From Pocillopora damicornis (lineage: Eukaryota): 64,000 nucleotides of DNA. A program made the translations under genes and the position numbers. The stretch is taken from assembly GCF_003704095.1 (NCBI RefSeq), contig NW_020844495.1, positions 124,001 through 188,000 on the forward strand. Direction: 5' to 3'. Under the pieces are notes generated by a model that saw only the letters and a program-made list of their open reading frames with translations, was not told the origin of the DNA and did no database searches. Positions within the stretch are counted from its first letter, which is position 1. Each line of letters opens with the position of its first letter. Of this stretch, positions 53,990-64,000 are shown one piece after another.

Positions 53990-56900
53990 TTTTATCTTGT
54001 TCGCGGGCTCTCCATGAGAAATCCACGGTTTTCGAAATCACCCTGCATCATTTTGGAGGATAGTATTCATCCATTCAAAATTTTTTCCGAGTATTTCAGC
54101 ATTGGTTGAGTTGAGACTAGGAGACAGTTACTTTGTTGGGTTGCTCTTTCATGGGAACATTCTGGCATCCTTTTAAATCACACTGTGATAACTCAAGGCC
54201 ATAACTTACTTTTTATGAACGTTTATGAAATGTTGTTGCGTTTTACAAGGAAAATGCTTAGCTTTGCATTGACAAGTCTAAAATGTCAAGGTAACATACT
54301 ATGCGCTACTCTCCTGCAATGTTCAGTTACCAACTTAAAATTTATTGTAATATAATTCTTGCCTTGTTTGTTTGTTTGTTTTTTTTTAGAGCTAAAACCT
54401 TTTTATGACACATGGAGTTTGTACTCTATTTATTCTCGGTTCATTTACAATTGATCATGAACGAAGCTTGTTACGCAATTTCGCTTAATTGACAGAAGAA
54501 TGTTCATACATCTGACTGCTCTGTAAATAATCACTGAAAATAAATCTTCACCTAAAAATGCAATATTGCGTGTTAATTGTTTCATAGCTTTCGTAGGGTC
54601 GTTGAGCCAATCACACCCGGAAATTTGCTTTTCAGTAAAGTTAGACAAGAACTTGATGGTGTGCAAAGCTTTATCTCCACACTGTCCATTTACTTTACGA
54701 AGTGATGCAATATTTTGTCAATTGCAATGTTCTAAACCCCTAATAAAACGATTTATTTTTTTTCAGTAAACAGCAAATCGGGCGAATTGAATCGCTTTTT
54801 CTGTTTCATGCAGTTACCACTGTATCTTCGGCTTAGCGTGGTTTATGTCAACTAAAGTAACTAATCATCACTGCCTGTAACTTTCTTTTCTTTTGGCAAG
54901 AATTGGAGACGAGTTGAGACACGTTCAACATGGAATTTTTTTCACTTTCACAGCAGGAAATGTTTTTTGATATCACCCTGGAAAATCGCATGTTCTTCAG
55001 CACCTGTTCACGCGAATTCTGCACAGGTAACATAGCCTTGCATGCAGACTTAAATCCGATCGCGAAATCTAATTAACATTACCCTCATCCTCCTGTCAGA
55101 GCTCTATTTTATTTCCTTTCAAACTTCACGTTTCCTTGAAAGCATCAGTGATAAGAACCATTCAACCAACAGGATCAGGCAACATGCTCACAGTTCATCT
55201 CCTTCTCAATGACCTTACCTTACCCTAACACGGATATTAGGAGAATTAAGGAATTTATCAAGGTAATTTATTGTACCAACTGTGCATGAAATTACAGGAT
55301 GCAAGTATTATATCAGTAATTTTGCGAGATTTCAATTCAACTCTGGGGAAAAGGGCCCTCGAAGCAAGCACAGCTGAAGAAGTCAGTGCTGGAAAGCTCA
55401 AATCAACCACATTCAGAGAAATCAAGATCTGGAATAGTTATTAACACAAATGCTTGTCCGACTAAGGCTATCGCATATCAGCCGCTTCGAAATTCCATAC
55501 AAATTCAGTGGTACGACATTTTGACGGTTGAAATCTATAACCCACAAACCCATAGGCGTAACTGGTATCTCTTTTATCCTTAACGTATCATCACCGATAT
55601 TCAGGTCCGCGAGAGTAAAGAAAATAATCGCCCAGCAAAGAGAGGAGAGTGTAAGAAATATGCATACTAATGTTAAAGGGTGTTGAAGGTCAAGATGACC
55701 AGAGAAAGAGTGCTTATGGTCTTCGGAAGGAACGTCAACAAAGTTTCAGATATCAAACAGCTTGGCAGGATTTGAGACTTACAAAAATTGGCGGATGTTT
55801 TGGAAGCTAGGGCTGAAAACTACACTCCTTGACTAGAACGTTTCACACGAAAGAGCGCAACCTCGTTCCGCTCACCTTTTTGTTGAAAGGAGGCAATTGG
55901 GGACTGACCCAATAGAAAGGCCTGGCTTAATCTCAACTCTGCCGAAAGGCAGATCATTTATAAGTTTATTATATCTGATAACGTCACGACCAAAAAACGC
56001 TTCAAATCGCGAAGAAAAAAAAGAAAAAAAAAACAATTGGAAACCACAATCACCCTTAATACGGCCAATTTTCAGAAAGTATTTTACAAACATAAAACCT
56101 TCCTCTAACGTAAGTCACTGAGCATGCTCAATATCTCGTGCAAGGAAGTTTCAACAATTTAAAATTGGATAAAATTCAAGTGTAGAAATTAGCGTAAATA
56201 GTACTTCCATGCGGTTCTTTTTATTTTGCCGTGCAAGGCGGTTCTTAACTGGATCAAGCCCTAATGTGTGACCTCCACACTAATGAATTGAACATTCCTT
56301 TCAAGTTGCACTGTTCATGATATTAATCAAGTTGGTTTTAAATTTGAAGGATGAAAGGTATAAAACCTAGTACGTTACCAATCGAAAAAAGTTATTTTTT
56401 GTGCAACTCTCTCTCTTCCATGTGTTATTGTTTGTTAAATAACGGATTACTGTAATCCAAGTTGGCACCATCATGATAAGAGCTACTAAGCAGCACTTGC
56501 ACGTATGTTCCATTTGTACAAGGTGGTTTAAATAAGCCTCTGGATGAATCCCAAAACCCTTCACCTTTTCGCCCGAGAGCTAAGAGAAGAATAAAAAAGT
56601 AAAGAAGGCAAAATAAAAATAAAAAAAAAAACGTTTGGAAAATGAACGGTTGGCCATTGGTCTTGTAAGAGTCGAAATAGTTTTTTCCATCTTATTTAAG
56701 GGGAAAGGGCAGAATAGGAGGTGACAGAGTTATCCTCTTTTCGACAAGAGCTTTTAACGATGAAAAGTCGACGTTGTTTTTATAGCCATCATGGCGACAA
56801 TTAGGTCTTTTCGTAGAGAAGAAAAAATTCATGGCATTGAAAAGCCAGACATTTGAAAAAGATTCTCCTGTCTGGTTTATGTCCCTTGAAATCCTCTTAA

Positions 56901-57479
56901 TCAATAATCAGTCTAAGCCTTATTCAGTTCAACCAACACATCACGGAAATAAAAGCTAAATCTCGAAACTCAAAGAGACATCTAATTCAGCAAATAAGAT
57001 AACGAGATAGCTTTTTATTTACTCTCAGAAATCTTTTCTAATCGTTACCGAACTTACAACCACGTAACTGAGATGGATGCGTGGGTAAAGCTGAAATCAA
57101 AGGTGTTTCCGTATCGAACGTTCGGGAGTCCATGATTCTCTGACATAGTAATGTTTCGTGGAAATTTCTGGGCAAGGTATCGAGGAAACAATCTTGTCTG
57201 TATGACGTGATTCACTAAACGTTCTGAATGACAGTTGGTTTTTTAACCGAAAGCAGAGCAGGTGAAACCCGCGAAGCTTTTCAGGTGCTCTTTTAAATAT
57301 GGGACGTTGATAATGAATTTGGAAAATGAGACGTGCAATGATAAATTACAGGAGAGTCTAGACGACCACACGTTTTACCGCCTTTTGTAACCCACATTTG
57401 CTTTTTCTTTGTTTTTCATGAGTATCTACTTCATTTAGTCCGGCAGAAGACTGAGAGGTTCTCAACCGCTCACCACTTG

Positions 57480-57551
57480 TTTCACACAGGAAATTCTCAG
57501 GGATTTCACATAGGAAATTCCCAAGGATTTCACACAGGAAATTCCCAGGGA
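57480..57551. repeat. 24-bp minisatellite x3 (tttcacacaggaaattcccaggga)
   Basis: Copies start at 57480, 57504 and 57528. Confidence 0.92.
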
Positions 57552-60500
57552 TATTTCTTGTATTCCCCCTGAGTCTTCTTCCCCCCTTCTGTCCCCCTTC
57601 ACTTTCTCGTACAACTCGAACGTGAGCCGTTAAATGCACTGAGGGGGACAGGCAGACTATAATTAAATATTTCCTTCCTCGAAGAGATTTAGAGGCACTC
57701 AAATAGCAAAGGGGGTCGTTTAGCACATTCAACGAACGGAACTACCAAAATAAATTTCATGGACCATTGGTCTTTTGTGAAGCGCGCGCACATACCGAAG
57801 AAACCTTGACTTGGCACCGGCAGAAGTCTCCGATGGACATGCGAATGTGTCTGATGTTTCAAGTTATACTCACGCACCTTTACGTCTACCAAATTGATGG
57901 TTTTCAACAAAAAGTACTTCTGCCATCTGGGACTACAAAGCTTTCGTTTATAGAACTGTTTGACATGCTTCGATTTACTGACGATAACCTCCTCCTACTT
58001 GGCCTTCCGTTTCAAGGCCATGTTAAGAGCCTTTGTTTTATCAGAATTGTACTAAAGATAAAAACACTCATCTACCGAAATAAAACTCTTTTGTATTTAG
58101 CTACGTGTTTTATTGATTTAATCCGTTCATGAACGAGACTTGCTACAAATGAACAAGTATGGTTCCGCCCTACGTGAGATGCGTTTAGCCGCTCAGCAAA
58201 GGATTCAGCTGTCTTGTAAGTATGGGCAGGCAAACATTGATATTACTTGCACTGTTCACTGAAAAGGCAGAGGTTCTCCAGGGAGTATTTTCCAACGTTG
58301 CAGCCCGAACAAACGTTAAAAAACGATAGTAAAGGCAACATTTGAGATAAAAGAATGGTAGATATTATTCCGCGGGCAAGACCGTAAACACTTCACAGAA
58401 CATTGCACGTGCATAAAGTTCCTAGGGATTACGCAACGTAAGAAGAGCTATCTGTTTATCACAAGAAGATGCACTCTCCAAGAGGTTCTTCAGTGTTTTT
58501 TTAAGGCCGATGGCAGCAGAAGGTTATCTGCGTAAGTTTATCATCTACAAAGGAAGGGAATTACCCCAGCAAATCCTCTGATATTCATCAGTGGTATCAC
58601 TGCAGCATCAGTTTCCCGTAGTAACCAAATACATTACTGATACAGGTCTCCTTTCTAGGAGAGTAACTTGTCTAAGGCGTCTTAGATTTTATTATTGTTT
58701 TTAATGTTTTTAAATTCTTTTTCATCTTAGCGTGCGTTATTTCTTACCAATAATCTAGCATGCCAGATCTCATAAAATAGCATGAACGATAATATTGACG
58801 GCAAACTCAGTATTTTTCTCGCAGTAACGTTTATCTCGCATTCATTCGGTACAAGAACAAAAACGGTCATACAACGCGAAACTACGCCTTGACATGAGCA
58901 ACTACACCTGATCAAAGCTGAACTACAATGGTGGAAGACAAAAATGTCATATCATGTAACTTCAGTACAATTTTTGTGTTCTAGGACTAAGTTTTCGAGG
59001 TGACATTTAATATTTTGCTTTAGGAGAATGTTGCAGATGTGTAAGATATCAGATTCGCTGGTTCACACCGAACACAACAAGAATACACGAAAAGTTGTGA
59101 TCCAAAACAAGACGAGTTAAGACGCAACAGCTAAACGCGAGTCATGGAATGAAAAGTTACCTCAAATAGCGGTAAAACTTCTCAGGAGTTATTTAGATCA
59201 ATTTCTGCGATACCTGCGCAACATCTCCTGATATGCTTTCTTTTTCAACAACTCTCGGACTAAAGAAGAGATATCAATTTTCGAAAATGAATAGTTATCT
59301 GAGAGACCAACATGTACTTCACGAACGCCACAGAGGAATTTAAAAAAACCTTTTTTTTTTTCATTGTGTATTAATATGATAATGTCATTTCAAACTGATC
59401 TTTCGCAGTAATAAGTTAAGTGACTTAGTACCTGTAACAATTTTGGAACATCAGGGCTTGCATATGAATCACCTTTCATGAAGAAAAAACAGTTAATCAC
59501 ACAGGGTCAAAAAAGGAATTATAACTTTCCAATTTGACAGTGGAGTCATTCCAGTTCAAACGCTAAGATAATTTGAAAAGATTGGGGGTTTTGGGGGCTT
59601 TTAGCCTTGGGTGGATGTTCTCGTGTGTTTTAAAAACATTTTAGGTTCCCAGCACCAAACGCAGATAAATCAAGACAGCTGAAGTGATGAACTTTGTAAA
59701 CTTTCTTTGTTATTCTAAACCGCTACAAGCTGTGTGTACTCGTGGAGCAAATTTGAACATACCTGTCGAGATATCGCATAGATTTCTCGATTTATTTCTT
59801 GCAAAAATTATCATTCCAATCTTGAATTAATGACTATTGGTGTATATTCTATTAAGCGGAGTTACAAAAGCCCTTTATTACTTTTAAACTGTATTTCTTT
59901 ATTTACTATTTTCCTGTCAATACTGTAAGTAGCTACCTTTTGAAATACTTAGCGACACTGGAATTCTAAAATGTCTCTAATTTTCTAAGCGTAATCGCTT
60001 AAACCTGGCCTTGAAGACTCAATTTTGAAGATTAACTCCTTGTTAATCATTTTAACGCAAACCAGAGCTCTGTAAACACTGGCGTTAAGCTGCAAATTTG
60101 GAAATTTTCCTTGAACGTCAAACAATGGTTGTTGACATCGATATGAATATTGCGCGCAATGCTCAACGCACCCCTTGAAGAAAAGGTCTTTCTCTCGTTT
60201 TCCCGCTCGCCCGGCTTTGGTCGATATAGCCGCCTCCTCCGCAAAGATAAGTCCAAACAAGTCGCAAATCAGTTCTATTTTAAAGCGACAGTTGAGATGA
60301 AGGCCGCGCTTGGCACTTAAGATAGAGTTCCGCGCCAATCTCTCCGGACCAAGGTTATAACGAATGCACTCTTATCATTACTTATCCCTATTACCGCGAA
60401 AATACGTAGAGCTTAAGAATCGCCGCAACGCTCCGCCTAAAGAGATAACATCACGTTCCCAACATCTTTAAATCCCTTTTTTTCCCAACGAGGTTTGAGA

Positions 60501-61295
60501 TCCTATAATAGACGTTGATCATGTCCCAAGAAACCCACGCAAAGGAGACTAACAACAATAAAAAATCGTTTCTTTGTTGGCGCAAACTGCGTCCGGTTGA
60601 TTTCTTTTCGTACACTGAGAAGTTTATTGTTATTTAATGGCCAGTAGAAAAGGATATCCTAATCCCTGAGTTTGTCAGTGGCTCTTACATATTACTTAGT
60701 AGATTACAAAATCTTATGACCATATACAACTTGTTTGCCAAGATCTCGGCAAATATTGCAATTCTATGTTAAACCGAGCCGTTGTCACAGGGCAGTTTGA
60801 CTTGAAGACAATAAAACTCTCAACAATAAACACCCAGCAGTGAGGATTTATCAAATGTTTCGCGCCTATGGTGAGAATCTTAAGACTTCTGTTCTTAGAG
60901 TCCTTGTCGGCTGAGAATGAAGTATTTCATGAGCAGGAATACAAATAGATATGACCGGTAATCTTTTGTACATAAGCTAGTGTTGCACATGGCGAAACTT
61001 CAAGAACTCTTCAAACGAAGCTTAACCCTAAAGCTTTTTCAAAGTAAACTGGGCCACCAGCTTAAGAACACAGACTGTTCTGTTTCATCACAGACTTGTC
61101 TGGCAAATTTTGAATGTTAAAAAGCGATAATCTTGAAGGTATTACACAAAACGTCTAATGTTGAATGGAATACGAAATATTAACCCCTAGAGTAACAGCT
61201 AAGTTGTATAAACACGAACGGGATTAGATGTTTGGTTGCGTTAGTAGCGTCAAAATAACTGACTCGAACGCTATTTACTAAAGCATTACTCTAAT

Positions 61296-61780
61296 CTAAG
61301 AAAAGCCCCAGAAGCGATTATTGTATACAGCGCCGGTGCTCGAGTACAGGAAAGGCACTGGAGGATAACCGGAGAATCCATTACTGAATTCCTGCCTTGG
61401 AGTGGTTAAAGTTCTATGTCTATAACAAGGCTGGCCTTCATGTACAAGAACAGGGACGGGAACAAGTCTTGGGCTCATGAAAGGCAAGGCCTCGCTCGCA
61501 AGATGTCCTTTATCCCCGATCTGCTTCTTGAATTTATACCGGTGATTCTGAAACCATATTTTTACTTGTGTCGGAGAGAGGTTTATAAGTCGAGCTAACT
61601 GTTCCCGTTCTGGCGCAGAAAGGTACCGTTGCTGTCTAAAGCGTCTCTCAAGTTCGAAGATCTGCGCCTTAGAGAATAGCACTCTTCGTTTTCGCTTTTT
61701 AGTGTTGGGAATTTCAGTTTCTGGGTCATTTTCGTTTTCGTTGCTAAAATCCTCTACATCGAGTCTCTCTGTAGAATCAG
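61296..61780 (-). CDS. Nkx2.2: NK2 gene E, coding exon 2 (homeodomain + NK2-SD); ~230 aa spliced
   Basis: Acceptor ttttcttccttttattttag|CT; [34 protein letters not shown]...WFQNHRYK; NK2-[18 protein letters not shown]. Confidence 0.95.
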
Positions 61781-62156
61781 CTAAAATAAAAGGAAGAAAA
61801 ATGTTAAAAACGGAAATGACGATCGACGAACTGAAAAACAGAATGCAGGAACGCGGAACACTGACGCAAATTTTTCGCACGCTTCGTGAATTTGATTTTG
61901 CGCGATGCATTTCTTGCGTGATTACACTTTCTTGCTGAGTTTGTTTATGTGTCTCGTGTAAAATCCAAAACATGAAAATTTTCTTTTACATGTAACCCTT
62001 GGTTAAGTACTTGATGCGCAATTTAAGAATATGGCAAGTAGAATATTGCGATTGTGACACTTGAGTCTCCACTTATCGACAAAAATAGAATTTATAGAGC
62101 CGATTGAAGACAACTGAACTGCGAGGGAAATATGGGGATGTTAGCTGGGTCTGTAC

Positions 62157-62364
62157 CTTCGTAAGAAGATTGTTCCGTTCCACGAGCTGGACTTGAATCT
62201 GGAGAACTACTGTTACGTTCTTCACACTTAGACGTACTGATCCCTTGGTCTCGAAGTTCTTCAAGGCTCAGGCTAGTTACATTTTTGCGAGTTTCGTTTC
62301 CTTGCCTTCTTCCACACTTGCTCTCCTCAAGAGCGAGAATACTGTCTATCGAAAACGAGCTCAT
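62157..62364 (-). CDS. Nkx2.2: NK2 gene E, coding exon 1 (eh1 motif MSSFSIDSILAL)
   Basis: ATG at 62364; best donor AG|GTACAG after 62157; 208 nt (phase 1); this donor is less certain than the others. Confidence 0.8.
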
Positions 62365-62476
62365 TTCGACCGAGTATCCGGCTATCGAGAGAGGTACTGA
62401 ATTTAGGGTTTCATTAAGTCGATCATTGTAGCTCTCGCTCTAAAATATGCGTAAGGGTTGAAATGGACGAGACATG

Positions 62477-62604
62477 TGTCAGTTTCAGTGGGAGTGGCCG
62501 TGGTTCTTAAGTGTGAAGAGTGTGACAGTCATGTTATGTCACTAGCTGATCAAATGATCCTTTTTCGGGCAGCTTTATCAACGATTTGTCACTGTCGCTT
62601 GTCA
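62477..62604 (-). promoter_or_regulatory. Proximal promoter of gene E
   Basis: TGACA/TGTCA at 62477, 62523, 62537, 62587, 62600; TTAAGTG 62507-62513 next to GGGAGTGG. Confidence 0.6.
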
Positions 62605-64000
62605 ACACGCGATTAGACGTAAAGAGAAACATTAATTAGATGTATTGTGATCAAGTCTGCCTTCGCCAGTAGTAGCATACTTGATGTTATTGCTGAGGTT
62701 TTTCCGGTGACGGGCGATTGGAAGTAGTTTGAAATTTGAAAATTAGAGCTTCCGTGGCAGTCGTTAATGCCTTTGATTTCACAGCAATTTTTCTTAAACT
62801 TTTCTATTGTTAAAACTGTCATTACGTTCAACAGTTACAAACCCTTTGAGTACATAAAACGCGAGCTCTTTGAGGTTGCTATTTCAATTCAATGTTGCCT
62901 GCCCGCCCCTTCGTTATACCATAATTACTGAGCGTACTTTAGATTCACTTATCAAAAAGATTATGCAAGACGTAAGTAAAAAATTAAACATTGCTTAAAG
63001 AACAAAACTGCAGCACATCAGCCGCGAAATAAATAGCTGAAGCAAAACCAATTACAGCACCACGTCGTAGTTGTGAACTCAGTGCCATGGTGCACTCTCG
63101 CGCGTGTGCCTTGTTTACACAATGAGCGAAAGGGTGTTTGGGCGCCGATTCCTTTTAAGCTTTCGAGAAGGTATACTTTCTGTCGTTCTAAATCTGCGGT
63201 TAACCTAGGCGTGAGCACTGAACGCAAAGAATGGCTGCCGAAAAGGGCTTAAGTGGCTTCTTTCACGTAATATGAGGCCTTAAGACGCCAAACAATGTAC
63301 AAATAGAAGGCAGTGTTTTATTGGTCGAGGGTTGTTGTTTGTGAAAATGTGCAATTAAAGACTCCTTAAGGCAGCACATGGTCTGGTTAAAAGCTTGTAA
63401 TTGTGACCGCAGATTTGAAGCACATGCAATTAGCCTCGGAAGCACATTTAATTTCGTGATGAAAGTGATATCCTGAATTGATTCTTCACAACGTCACTTT
63501 CGAAAATACGACAACACAAACTTGGCAGACAATTCAGCTCTTTAAATTGAAGTTTATTGCGATGGCAACCCGTGAAATCTTTTGACTGTGAATAATTCTT
63601 TCATTAGTATGAAACTAATACTCCTTAATGTGATAATGCAGTCTTGTTGTCTTTGTCACTTTGGCAAAAGGAAATTTGTTGATGAACTTTTGTGAAAAAG
63701 AAGAAATGGATTTCGGAAAATAAAATTTCTGAGGGACTCCCGTATTCATTAGGGGAAATTTCTTAGTTGAGCACCAAATTAACGGACCAAACTAGCTAAC
63801 AAGTCAGAACGACTTCGATGAATGGAGAAGACTGTCCATCCTAGAATTAAACGAAAACTTTCACCAACGTCGAAATGGAGCCACATTTCTGTGGACGAAT
63901 CAATATAACCCCCGCCAAGACTTGTTGATTCAGCGCTGAAAGGGACTCGAGACTTTTTAAACACGTAAGTGTAAAAATTATTTACGAAGCCGGAGTAGGG

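Noticed and set aside
57480-57551. CRISPR-like array
   Set aside because: Units are directly adjacent with no unique spacers, and the context is eukaryotic
61781-61973. N-terminal extension of the 225-aa ORF with a hydrophobic, transmembrane-like stretch
   Set aside because: It is read-through of the intron and its polypyrimidine tract; the acceptor at 61781 joins exon 1 in frame

Overview
Eukaryotic, AT-rich animal genomic DNA. The gene content and repeat types suggest an anthozoan cnidarian, probably a stony coral (inference, not verified). The first ~4.6 kb is gapped and repeat-rich: a ~1.27-kb tandem duplication, MITEs, and a Penelope-like remnant with a decayed hammerhead core. The rest is a cluster of five two-exon NK2 (Nkx2.2/vnd-like) homeobox genes in orientation - - + + -, here called A-E. 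Each has an N-terminal TN/eh1 motif in exon 1, a single phase-1 GT-AG intron, and a homeodomain with the NK2 Tyr54 (WFQNHRYK) in exon 2. I recognised no other protein-coding gene. The paralogs differ in their C-terminal domains: the NK2-specific domain is intact in A, B and E and decayed in C and D. The most unexpected signal is non-coding. The proximal promoters share an alignable module (TGACA clusters, a conserved ~19-mer, an NK2 site next to a GC box), and B and C share a 4-codon uORF. The intergenic DNA also carries compact Pbx-Hox-Meis modules, a perfect BMP-Smad composite element and a tandem array of NF-kB sites. All regulatory calls are motif-level predictions.
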